Assembly (NCBI GenBank): GCA_020851465.1
Contig: JADZCR010000007.1
Location: forward strand, 1,561-65,560
DNA: 64,000 nt
Direction of reading: 5' to 3'
Source: Phycisphaeraceae bacterium
GTDB taxonomy: Bacteria; Planctomycetota; Phycisphaerae; Phycisphaerales; Phycisphaeraceae
The position numbers and the translations under genes are program-made. The stretch's first letter is position 1. Every line of letters starts with the position of its first letter. The notes beneath the pieces were generated by a model. That model was not told the origin of the DNA. It saw nothing but the letters and a program-made list of their open reading frames with translations, and did not search any database. Shown one piece after another: positions 45,084 to 53,935 of this stretch.

Positions 45084-45749
45084 ATGTCCGAAACCAACGA
45101 ATCACCCTCGATTTTTCACCGTATCAGTCGGGCGATCACGCGCACTTTTTTCAAAGGGCTGCTCGCCGCGTTGCCGATCGCGGCAACGATCTACGTCATC
45201 GTGTGGCTGGCGAGTATTCTCGAATCGCCGTTTCGTCAGGCTCTGGAGCCGTGGCTTGGCCGGTACATCGACGGCAAATGGGTTTCGTACTACCAGCCGG
45301 GTATGGGGCTGGTCGTAGGATTGCTGCTGATTTTTATTCTAGGACTGCTGCTCAACGCGTGGATCATCCGTGAGTTCATCGGCGCCAGTGAAAGCCTGCT
45401 CCAGCGGCTGCCGCTGGCCAAGACGATTTTCAGTTCTGTGCGAGATTTGACCGGATTTTTTTCCAAGCAGAAGAAAGCCAAGGATCAGCAGGTCGTGCTG
45501 GTGGAGTTGTCGGGTATTCACATGCTGGGATTCGTAACGCGGTCAGATCTGGGTGACCTGCCGCCGGTCATCAGCGCGGGCGATACCGTCGCTGTGTATT
45601 GTCCGATGAGCTATGCGCTTGGTGGTTACACGATCTTCGTGCCCCGGTCAGCGATCAAGCCAGTGAACATGCCTATGGAGCAGGCGATGCGGTTCATCCT
45701 GACCGCCGGGATCAAGAGCGAAGAAAACACATCGCAAACAAACAAATGA
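45084..45749 (+). CDS. DUF502-family membrane protein
   Basis: Two N-terminal TM helices (LLAALPIAATIYVIVWL; GLVVGLLLIFILGLLL), then LPLAKTIFSSVRD and a soluble C-terminal beta-rich region, as in DUF502 proteins. Confidence 0.55.
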   Translation: MSETNESPSIFHRISRAITRTFFKGLLAALPIAATIYVIVWLASILESPFRQALEPWLGRYIDGKWVSYYQPGMGLVVGLLLIFILGLLLNAWIIREFIGASESLLQRLPLAKTIFSSVRDLTGFFSKQKKAKDQQVVLVELSGIHMLGFVTRSDLGDLPPVISAGDTVAVYCPMSYALGGYTIFVPRSAIKPVNMPMEQAMRFILTAGIKSEENTSQTNK

Positions 45750-45802
45750 ACCGTGCCGGGTGTGTGACCGGAATTCGCCATCAATTCTGAGTGAACTTAC
45801 CG

Positions 45803-46738
45803 TTATTCGAGGCTTGCCGCTCCCGCGATGATTTCGGAGAGCTCGGTCGTGATCGCCGCCTGTCGGGCGCGGTTGTAGCGGCGGCTGAGGGTCTTGCTCA
45901 TCTTGCCCGCGCTGTCAGTCGCAGCCTTCATTGCCACCATGCGTGAGATCTGCTCGCTGACCACCGCTTCGTTGAAGCACTGGAAAAGCTGCGTCTTAAC
46001 CGTGATCGGAAGCAACTCGTTGAGCAGCGTCACCGGCTCAGGCGAGAAATCATAATCGACGACTGCTTTACCCTTTGCTGCGGGAGAGTTGGTGCCTGCA
46101 GAATCTTTGGGGCTTTCGGCTGCGGGGTTGGAGAGCGGAAGGAGATTCAGAATCTTCGGCGACTGTCGCGCCATGGAAATAAAAGCCATGTAGATCACAT
46201 GGATCGCGTCGTATTTACCGTCCGTAAACTCTGCGATGTAACGATCAGCAAGTTGTTCAACCTGCTCGTACGTAGGTTGATCGCTGAACTGAGAGTGAAA
46301 CTGGGCGACCGGCACGTTGTTGAACTTGAAGAATGCCAATCCCTTTTTACCGACGACTTCGACGACAGTTTCCCGGCCGGCACGTTCGCGTACGAAGCTC
46401 AGTGCGGTGCGGAGAATGTTGCCGTTGTATCCGCCGGCCAATCCGCGGTTGGACGTCAGGACCAGGACAAGCTCACGATTAGTTTTCGGATCGGGCAGAC
46501 GCAGGAGTGGATGGCTCAGGGCGGAGGATGTGCCGTCGTTTCCACCCGCAGCCGTCTGTGCGACCTGCGCCAGCTCGCCAACAAGTTCAGCAATTTTTCG
46601 CGTATAGGGTTGTGTGGCGACAGCCCGCTTTTGTGCCGCCTGGAATCGCGCGGTTGCGATCATCTGCATCGTCTTGGTGATACGGCGAATGTTACCGACT
46701 GCCTTGATGCGCCGCTTGATTTCTCGAGTCTTGGCCAT
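45803..46738 (-). CDS. atpG: F-type ATP synthase gamma subunit (stand-alone gene)
   Basis: MAKTREIKRRIKAVGNIRRITKTMQMIATARF ... AITTELSEIIAGAASLE are canonical AtpG N- and C-terminal helices. No atpA or atpD flanks it. Confidence 0.9.
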   Translation of the reverse strand: MAKTREIKRRIKAVGNIRRITKTMQMIATARFQAAQKRAVATQPYTRKIAELVGELAQVAQTAAGGNDGTSSALSHPLLRLPDPKTNRELVLVLTSNRGLAGGYNGNILRTALSFVRERAGRETVVEVVGKKGLAFFKFNNVPVAQFHSQFSDQPTYEQVEQLADRYIAEFTDGKYDAIHVIYMAFISMARQSPKILNLLPLSNPAAESPKDSAGTNSPAAKGKAVVDYDFSPEPVTLLNELLPITVKTQLFQCFNEAVVSEQISRMVAMKAATDSAGKMSKTLSRRYNRARQAAITTELSEIIAGAASLE

Positions 46739-47023
46739 GGGGCGGACATGATAGCGACCCGCGCGACCCGCAGCAAAACAGCGACGACAGGATTACGGAC
46801 GAAAGCGTGCGAAATATCATCAACCGACAAGACGCCGCATTCCGTCTTGGATTCGTAATCTGGAAATATTCCAATTCAAAACTTCTGTGCAGATGATTTT
46901 ATTGAGGCAGTCGAAGAAAATTATCGGAGAATTGTCAAGGTATCCAGAAATGCTCAATCTTCCATGCAGGGGATATGGAAATATACGCTGATCGAGCGAT
47001 TCTAAATTTCAAATCGTAGTGAC

Positions 47024-47088
47024 CTTGTCATCATCAATTTATAAGTCGAGTTAAATCAAATAATTTTAATGATATCGGTAAGGTTAAT
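47024..47088 (+). repeat. AT-rich intergenic element, copy C
   Basis: CTTGTCA (47024) - TTTATAAGTC (47038) - AAATAATTTTAAT (47058) - GGTAAGGTTAAT (47077). Collinear with copy B. Confidence 0.55.
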
Positions 47089-47348
47089 CCCCTAAAGTTA
47101 ACCTGACGTGATTGACGATGAAAAATCTGCACCACAAAGTGGAAGCGTATCTGATACACTTGACTTAGAGTATTATCGGATTCGTTGGAGGGTAGTTTAG
47201 ATCATGGGGTTGTTCGTAGTTTTATCGAGGATTGTCGCCGTTTGATGGCGCCGATTTTCTGTGTTGGGTAGCAGGGTCGGTCAGCTACGGATCGCCTGCT
47301 GAAAATGGAGTCCATGCCGGTCAGGGTGTGGCGTGGTGGAGACGAAAC

Positions 47349-47777
47349 ATGAAGCTAAGCAAGACTTCTGCGCACGCTGCACTTGCTCTTGCGTTTCTGG
47401 CTGACCAACCTGCGGGGGTGGTTATTCAGGCTCGGCATATTGCGACGCATTTAGGGATTCCAACCGACAGTGCGCTAAAAATTCTTCAGGTGCTCGCACG
47501 ACAGGAAATCATCATCAGTCAGCTTGGTCGGACGGGTGGCTATCGTCTGCACCGACAGCCGCAGGAGATTTCTCTGGCGCAGATCGTCGAAGCCATCGAC
47601 GGTCCAATCAACGGATCGATGCGGCTGGATTCCCGTGAGGCGATCGCAGCAAGCGTGAACTTACTGCAGTCGGTATGCGACCAGGCAGCATCACGGCTAC
47701 GCGAAGAGCTTAGCCGGACCACTGTGGCGGATCTTGTCCGCTGCAAACAACCTAATTCCGTAGCGCAATCTGCCTGA
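47349..47777 (+). CDS. Rrf2-family transcriptional regulator
   Basis: MKLSKTSAHAALALAFLADQ...ARHIATHLGIPTDSALKILQVLARQEIIISQLGRTGGYRL (winged helix of the Rrf2/IscR/NsrR family). GGAG lies before ATG 47349. No three-Cys cluster motif is obvious. Confidence 0.8.
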   Translation: MKLSKTSAHAALALAFLADQPAGVVIQARHIATHLGIPTDSALKILQVLARQEIIISQLGRTGGYRLHRQPQEISLAQIVEAIDGPINGSMRLDSREAIAASVNLLQSVCDQAASRLREELSRTTVADLVRCKQPNSVAQSA

Positions 47778-47817
47778 GGCGCACCGCCCGATGAGCAGGG
47801 CATGCGGACCATCCACA

Positions 47818-48726
47818 TCACTTCTTTTTCTTATCCCCGAAGATTCCCTTGCCGATGTCATCGATCGCTTTACCAGCGCCTTCGCCGACTTTGTTGACGG
47901 GATTTTCTCCTGATTTTCCATCCTTGCCGATGTTCCCGATGCCTTCGATGGACTTTCCGAGTTCACCCACGACACCTTCGACGACCTGACCAGCCGCTTT
48001 GCTTACATCGCCGATGACCTCAACGGGTACCGCCTCAAGTTTGTCGAGCTGGCCGGAAAGGTCCGAAAGCATTTCCGCGGGCAGGATGCCTCCGGCTTTT
48101 TTCGCTATCGCGGTGAGCACTGCTTTCATGATGAGGTTCGTCACCTCCTGCATCGCCACGCCGTTATCACCGGCACTTCCGACGTTTTTTACGTGGATTT
48201 CAGGAATCACTAGATCGAGCGCAGTGAGCTTTCCACCCAGCGGCATCATCTGCGCATGAACTTTGATGTCGCGGATCGTTACATCATTAATCACAAACTT
48301 TTTGCCTGCCTGCGCGTTGGGATCCTGCGTATCTTGTTTCTTCAGGTGATCTGTAATGACTTCGTAATTTGCCTTGCCGCCTTTCTTTTCGAGGTTGATG
48401 GTCAGATTGCTCAGCTCCAGCGTAGGGGCTACGACCTTATCACCCATGAGCGTGCCCAGAGAGACGACGAGCTGACCATCCTTCATTTCGAAGAAATGCT
48501 CAGCCGTATAACCCGCGGGATTTCGCACTTCGAGATTACGAAGTTTGACCGAACCTCGAAGAATTCCCAGCGACAGGGAATCGAGCGAGGTATCCACTCC
48601 AAGCGTGGTGGTTGCGGCGGATTCCACCTGTCGCTTGGCGATGCCGTCGATAGAAAAAGAAACCACAGCAACAGCCACGATGATAAGAATGATCAGGATG
48701 AGGAGTACCTTGATCCATTTACGCAT
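47818..48726 (-). CDS. membrane-anchored hypothetical protein (AsmA/DUF748-like N-terminus)
   Basis: N-terminal TM WIKVLLILIILIIVAVAVV, then beta-rich LRNLEVRNPAGY...LSNLTINLEK segments. Gly/Lys-rich repetitive tail ending in KKKK. Confidence 0.6.
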   Translation of the reverse strand: MRKWIKVLLILIILIIVAVAVVSFSIDGIAKRQVESAATTTLGVDTSLDSLSLGILRGSVKLRNLEVRNPAGYTAEHFFEMKDGQLVVSLGTLMGDKVVAPTLELSNLTINLEKKGGKANYEVITDHLKKQDTQDPNAQAGKKFVINDVTIRDIKVHAQMMPLGGKLTALDLVIPEIHVKNVGSAGDNGVAMQEVTNLIMKAVLTAIAKKAGGILPAEMLSDLSGQLDKLEAVPVEVIGDVSKAAGQVVEGVVGELGKSIEGIGNIGKDGKSGENPVNKVGEGAGKAIDDIGKGIFGDKKKK

Positions 48727-48874
48727 GGCGAGACTCCGTAAGGGTTGGACTCATTGTAAAGAACCGTAGGTACGACTTTCACGTCAAATAGCTTCGGAAT
48801 GCGATCCTGTGATTTCGCAACTGCGTTCTGTTCCCATTGGGGGGCGACTCGGGCTGCCATTGTTCGGGTGCTTG

Positions 48875-49354
48875 TCACGGACATAACCCCATAGCCTTTC
48901 GCTTGGCATCAATGAAGGAGCAGTGATGCTCCACATGGTCGATCATGTCTTGAACAAGATTGCGTAACGTGATGATACCAGCCTTGTTATGAACGCAGTC
49001 CCGATCAAAGGCCTCGTCAGGAACCAGACGCAAGATCCGTGTCATCTGGGCGCGGTTGATGTTGATGACCGCCAGTTCCTCAGCAAGATCCCGCTCGTGA
49101 TAGGCGAGGTGCTCTACGTAGTCGGTTTCGGAGAAACCGATGATCAGTGGCCGCGACGTCGCGATCACTCGTTTCATGCGGTCGCAATAGACCTGCTCGG
49201 TATCCGCCAGATGCGCGACTACTTCAAGGGTGGACCACTTTCCCGGCACGGGTCGGGTCAGGAGTTGTGTTCGGGTCAGGCCGCGTACCGCGGACTCGAT
49301 CCGTCTGGGGGCAGCAGCGTAGGTGTCGATCAACGATAAAAGTTTGGTGTCCAT
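48875..49354 (-). CDS. DinB-family (DinB_2) protein
   Basis: WSTLEVVAHLADTEQVY ... DHVEHH is a four-helix DinB metal-binding His pattern. Confidence 0.6.
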   Translation of the reverse strand: MDTKLLSLIDTYAAAPRRIESAVRGLTRTQLLTRPVPGKWSTLEVVAHLADTEQVYCDRMKRVIATSRPLIIGFSETDYVEHLAYHERDLAEELAVININRAQMTRILRLVPDEAFDRDCVHNKAGIITLRNLVQDMIDHVEHHCSFIDAKRKAMGLCP

Positions 49355-49578
49355 ATCGCGAGGCTAACGATTGGAGCGGCAGGGGTAAACCCCGTCAGCG
49401 TCATCTGCCCCGCCTCTGGATTCAGCGTATCGACATGATCTGCCCAAAAATAAGTCACTCAAGCCATCGCTGTCTCCGCCAACCCGGCAGCTATTTCCAC
49501 CCAGCGACTGTTCCTATCACTCCATTTACCAGTTGATTATCGATGTTGATGCGAATACGCACCTCGCGGCCATGCTTC

Positions 49579-49593
49579 TGGCGCAGCGTTTGT
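49579..49593 (+). promoter_or_regulatory. candidate sigma54 (-24/-12) promoter upstream of amt-glnK
   Basis: TGGCGC-AGCGT-TTGT versus consensus TGGCAC-N5-TTGC(A/T). About 65 nt upstream of ATG 49658. Confidence 0.35.
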
Positions 49594-49657
49594 TCTATGT
49601 GTGTTTGAGTGACCCGTGCTGCTGTATCAATGCGCATGTAGAGGAGGCGATCACGCC

Positions 49658-50986
49658 ATGACTACGACCAGCCGTCGATTGCTGTTAGCCCTGACGCTGC
49701 TTTTAGCCCTTCCAAGCATGGTGTTTGCGGTTGATACGCCGGCTGTGGATACGGGTGCCACCGCATGGATGCTCACATCCACTGCACTGGTGCTTCTGAT
49801 GGTGCCCGGACTAGCGATGTTTTACGGCGGCCTGGTCCGCACAAAGAACGTGCTGGGCACCATGATGCACAGCTTTGTCGCCATGGCGATCATCGGGGTG
49901 CTCTGGGGTGTCTGCGGTTATGCGTTTTGCTTTGGCTCGAACATACTCGGCGGATGGATCGGCTGGGATGCCAACAAAATCGGTCTGGCGGGTCTTGATG
50001 GAAGCGTCGTAGCTCCGATGGGGGTCGGGGTACCTGAATATGTCTTTGCCATGTTTCAGGGAAAGTTTGCGATTATCACGCCGGCCCTGATCGCTGGTGC
50101 TTTTGCCGAGCGCGTCCGTTTTCGGGGCTACTGTGTGCTGATCACGCTCTGGGCGCTGCTGGTTTACAACCCGCTCTGCCACTGGGTCTGGGCATCGGAC
50201 GGATACTTTTTCAGGATGGGGGCGATTGATTTCGCCGGCGGCACCGTCGTCCATGTTTCCGCTGGTGTCAGTGCCCTGGTGATGGCTCTCTACCTTGGCG
50301 TACGCAAGGGCTATCCGAAAACAGTCATGCAACCCAACAATCTGGTGATGACGATGATGGGGGCAGGTCTGCTCTGGGTCGGCTGGTTCGGCTTTAATGC
50401 TGGCAGTTCCGTGGCCAGCAGTAATCTGGCGGCCCGTGCCTTGACAGTAACGCAGGTGGCCGCGGCAACCGGTGCGATGGCGTGGATCCTCATCGAATCA
50501 ATCCATCACCGTAAAGCAACGAGCCTCGGCTTCTGCTCCGGAATCCTTGCAGGCTTAGTCGTTATCACGCCAGCCGCCGGTCACGTCGGGGTGCCCGGCG
50601 CGCTGGCGCTGAGCGTCCTGGCGTCACTGATCTGTTATGGCGCGATCATGCTCAAGAGCAAGCTCGGTTACGACGACTCGCTCGACGTATTCGGCATTCA
50701 CGGTATCGCGGGCATCTTCGGCGCGCTGGCGTTAACCTTCTTCATCAGCCCGGTCGTCAAACACGAATTGATCACTGCCAACCCGCAATGGAGTGTCGCG
50801 GGCCAGCTTGTCACTCAGGTCAAGGCTGTCGGCGCAGCCATCCTTTACTCGGCATTCTGCTCGATAATTCTTGTTGTGCTCGTGGATAAAACCGCGGGTC
50901 TGCGGCTCGATCCGACACGTGAGAGTGCAGGCATGGACCACAGCCTTCACGGCGAGCACGGGTACGGTTTGCTGAATCTCCATTAA
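49658..50986 (+). CDS. amt: ammonium transporter
   Basis: SD GAGGAGG. Signal peptide. DFAGGTVVH, FGFNAGS and HGIAGIFGAL are Amt/MEP signatures. Confidence 0.93.
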   Translation: MTTTSRRLLLALTLLLALPSMVFAVDTPAVDTGATAWMLTSTALVLLMVPGLAMFYGGLVRTKNVLGTMMHSFVAMAIIGVLWGVCGYAFCFGSNILGGWIGWDANKIGLAGLDGSVVAPMGVGVPEYVFAMFQGKFAIITPALIAGAFAERVRFRGYCVLITLWALLVYNPLCHWVWASDGYFFRMGAIDFAGGTVVHVSAGVSALVMALYLGVRKGYPKTVMQPNNLVMTMMGAGLLWVGWFGFNAGSSVASSNLAARALTVTQVAAATGAMAWILIESIHHRKATSLGFCSGILAGLVVITPAAGHVGVPGALALSVLASLICYGAIMLKSKLGYDDSLDVFGIHGIAGIFGALALTFFISPVVKHELITANPQWSVAGQLVTQVKAVGAAILYSAFCSIILVVLVDKTAGLRLDPTRESAGMDHSLHGEHGYGLLNLH

Positions 50987-51094
50987 GGCAAGTGTCGGAA
51001 GCTGAAAGATCAGGTCGAAGAGCTATCAAAATCGTCCTTACCACCTGCTCGCGGGTTGATGCCGCAAGCCTCCGCTCTTCTTGAAGGATTTCAT

Positions 51095-51448
51095 ATGAAA
51101 CTCGTCACAGCCATCATCCAACCCGACAAACTTGATGAGGTGCGCGAGGCATTGATCAAGGCCGAGATCACTCGTATCACGGTCAGCCGCTGTACGGGTC
51201 ACGGTCAGCACCAGCGCGAAGATCAAGGCGAGGATGTGTATCGCGGGCAACTCGTCGTACCCAATTTGTTACCCAAGGTTCGCCTGGACATTGCGTGCAA
51301 CGATGCGTTTGTGGATATCACAGTCAACGCGATACTCGCAGCCGCCCGCCACGGAAGTGGTGAGATCGGTGACGGCAAAATATTCATCACGCAACTGGAT
51401 GAATGTATCCGCATCCGTACCGGTGAACGCGGCGGCCAGGCGATTTAA
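51095..51448 (+). CDS. glnK: P-II nitrogen regulatory protein
   Basis: MKLVTAIIQPDKLDEVREAL...GDGKIFITQLDECIRIRTGE. The T-loop (GHGQHQREDQGEDVYRG) is about 3 aa longer than in E. coli GlnB and retains the Tyr. Immediately downstream of amt. Confidence 0.9.
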   Translation: MKLVTAIIQPDKLDEVREALIKAEITRITVSRCTGHGQHQREDQGEDVYRGQLVVPNLLPKVRLDIACNDAFVDITVNAILAAARHGSGEIGDGKIFITQLDECIRIRTGERGGQAI

Positions 51449-51539
51449 TACCGCCCTCACGAAGTGTGTTCTTCTACAAACCAGAGCGTGCTTACCAACG
51501 ATGCTGTACCTCTGTCGAACAGCAGGTGATGCGGTCTCA

Positions 51540-52673
51540 TCAATCCGTGTTTTCATATAACACGATCTGCCGGACTACGTCTCCACGGGCTAGAACATCG
51601 AACGCCTCATTCAAATCTTCCAGCCTGATTGTTCGTGACCGGAGTGCGTTCACGGGCAGCAAACCCGCGCGATACATCGCGATGAATCGTGGAATATCCC
51701 GTCGGGGTACGCATGACCCCATGTAGCTGCCTTTGAGGGTGCGTTCTTCGGCTGTCAGGGATACGGCGGGTAAGGTCAAATTCAAGTCAGGATGGGGAAG
51801 TCCAGCCGTGACCGTTGTACCGCCGCGGCGTGTGGAGAGGTACGCCTGTTCCAGAGCCGCCACAACGCCGGCGCACTCGATAGCGTACTGCACTCCACCG
51901 TGTGTGAGGTCTTTGATCTTTGCGACGACATCACCAGCGGCGTCCACGGTATGCGTCGCACCGAGTGTTTTCGCCAGACTGAGTTTTCGCGGCAGCGGAT
52001 CGACCGCGATGATTATTCCTGCGCCGGCAGCCCTCGCACCCATGATTGCGCTGAGTCCGACGCCACCGAGTCCGAAAACCGCCACACTTGCGCCGGGTTC
52101 GACTTTCGCGGTGTTGAGTACCGCGCCAACTCCGGTCATGACCGCGCAGCCAAAGAGCGAAGAGACATCATCAGGCAGATCAGGTTCGATCCTGGTGAGT
52201 GATTTTTCAGAGGCGATGGTGAACTGTGAAAACGCAGACACACCCAGATGGTGAAACAACTTTTCACCTCGCCGTGAGAATCGCCGATCACCCCCAAGGA
52301 GTGTACCGGCACGGTTGGCGACGATGCCGTTTTCGCAGAGCCATCCACGGCCTGATACGCAGCTCAGGCACCCGCCGCAGACAGGCACGTAGGAAAATAC
52401 GACGCGATCTCCCACGCGAAGATCACGTACCTCCGGGCCGCATTCACGGACGATTCCGCTGGCTTCGTGTCCAAGCACCAGCGGTGTGTTCCATGGCCGG
52501 GAGCCGTTGATCGTGGATAAGTCCGAATGACAAACCCCGCTGCTCCGCAACTCGACAAGGACTTCTCCAGCAGCTGGTGCTTCCAGCTCAATGTCTTCGA
52601 TGCGCAGCGGCTTGGATTCGGAGTACGGCTCAGGCAGCCCCATCTTTTCGAGAACCGCAGCACGGGTTTTCAT
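51540..52673 (-). CDS. zinc-dependent alcohol dehydrogenase family protein
   Basis: GVCHSDL, GHEASGIV, structural-Zn Cys cluster CGGCLSCVSGRGWLC, NAD fold GLGGVGLSAIMGA. Confidence 0.88.
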   Translation of the reverse strand: MKTRAAVLEKMGLPEPYSESKPLRIEDIELEAPAAGEVLVELRSSGVCHSDLSTINGSRPWNTPLVLGHEASGIVRECGPEVRDLRVGDRVVFSYVPVCGGCLSCVSGRGWLCENGIVANRAGTLLGGDRRFSRRGEKLFHHLGVSAFSQFTIASEKSLTRIEPDLPDDVSSLFGCAVMTGVGAVLNTAKVEPGASVAVFGLGGVGLSAIMGARAAGAGIIIAVDPLPRKLSLAKTLGATHTVDAAGDVVAKIKDLTHGGVQYAIECAGVVAALEQAYLSTRRGGTTVTAGLPHPDLNLTLPAVSLTAEERTLKGSYMGSCVPRRDIPRFIAMYRAGLLPVNALRSRTIRLEDLNEAFDVLARGDVVRQIVLYENTD

Positions 52674-52749
52674 ACGGGAAGTTTACTGCCTGTGGATACC
52701 TATTCCGATCCACGATGGTCGGATAGGCGTGTGATTGGAATCGGACGAC

Positions 52750-53733
52750 TTAAAAATCAAACAGCAAAGCTGCGTAGTACTTGAGATCGTTATGGTGCTG
52801 GTCAGTATCGACCTGCGATTCATACTCGTGCAGAAGACCGACCTTCAAGGACAAGCCGTCCGCTTTGTCGATCGCACAAAGCCAATCAAGCGAGTTACGC
52901 AGACGGAATTCACCGATTTCTCCCAGATCGGGATAGATCGTGGAACTGCCCATCAGGGTCTGGCTGTCGGAGAGTTTCCATCGGAACTCACCGCTGGCGA
53001 AACCTTCAGGCGAGAACTCCTGATCGTCTGAGCCCCACTCTTTACGACCGCCGACACCGGCACGGCCGATGAGCTTGAACTTATCCGTGTCGTAAAACGT
53101 GTAACCGGGCCCGATGTGGCCCGCCACGCGCTGTCGCCATGATTTGAAGTCGTCGTAGTCATAGCGTCCATCCGCCCACCAGAACCACTTGCTGTCCTGA
53201 AATAACCAGTCCTTTAACACTCCCACGGTGAAGTCATTACGAGTGGTTTCACCCGAGCTGGCGCTGGTGAAATAGGCGGTGTCGAATTTCCAGCGGTCCT
53301 TGGAGTCCTCTTTGCTTGCGAGGAAGCCGACGTGACCGTCGAAAGTGTCGGAGTTGCCTTCGGTGCCGGCGATACCCAGTTCGAGCTTGGCGTCCCAGTT
53401 ATCAATGAAGCGGTTTTCCGGGCTGGGAAGGGCTTTGATGTCAGACTTGGCCTTAGAGATCGCGTCCTTGGCATCGGGAGAGGCAGCAGCAGGTCCGGGT
53501 GAAAGTACAGGCTTCGCCTTTGGCACCGGCGCGGGAACGATTGTCGATGCGACGTTGGCTTTGGGAACATTGATCGTCCCTAACACGGGGTGTTCAAGCA
53601 CTACCTTGTCATCATCCTGGGAGGTGATGGTGCCCTTGAGCACCTCGCCGGTGGAGAGAATGACCTGGTCAGCCCTGATGGGTGTGAAGGTGAAAGTAAT
53701 CATTGCCGTGGCGAGAAGCAGCATCTTCTTCAT
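52750..53733 (-). CDS. DUF481-family outer-membrane beta-barrel protein
   Basis: Signal peptide MKKMLLLATAM. WDAKLELGIAGTEGNSDT and alternating beta-strand pattern. Terminal Phe. GAGG lies 8 nt before ATG 53733 (TTG 53745 opens the ORF). Confidence 0.6.
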   Translation of the reverse strand: MKKMLLLATAMITFTFTPIRADQVILSTGEVLKGTITSQDDDKVVLEHPVLGTINVPKANVASTIVPAPVPKAKPVLSPGPAAASPDAKDAISKAKSDIKALPSPENRFIDNWDAKLELGIAGTEGNSDTFDGHVGFLASKEDSKDRWKFDTAYFTSASSGETTRNDFTVGVLKDWLFQDSKWFWWADGRYDYDDFKSWRQRVAGHIGPGYTFYDTDKFKLIGRAGVGGRKEWGSDDQEFSPEGFASGEFRWKLSDSQTLMGSSTIYPDLGEIGEFRLRNSLDWLCAIDKADGLSLKVGLLHEYESQVDTDQHHNDLKYYAALLFDF

Positions 53734-53935
53734 TACTGGCCTCAAGAGGTTAATCGAGAACTGACCTTCCGCGGAAGGTCGTTGAGCGAGAAACGGTATC
53801 GGGATACGCCACGTTATGCAATGTAATCAACGGTTGTATGCAACCGGTTGAGGAGAGGCGGCGGGGTGGCTGGTCTCTCAATGCGTGGTGGGTGCAAAAT
53901 AGAGTCGTCGATCATGCGCTCAACCGGCTTGCGAC

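Noticed and set aside
46739-47348. AT-rich gap as a replication origin or mobile-element remnant
   Set aside because: No DnaA-box-like TTATCCACA words, no dnaA/dnaN nearby, and no terminal inverted repeats, target duplications or transposase fragments.
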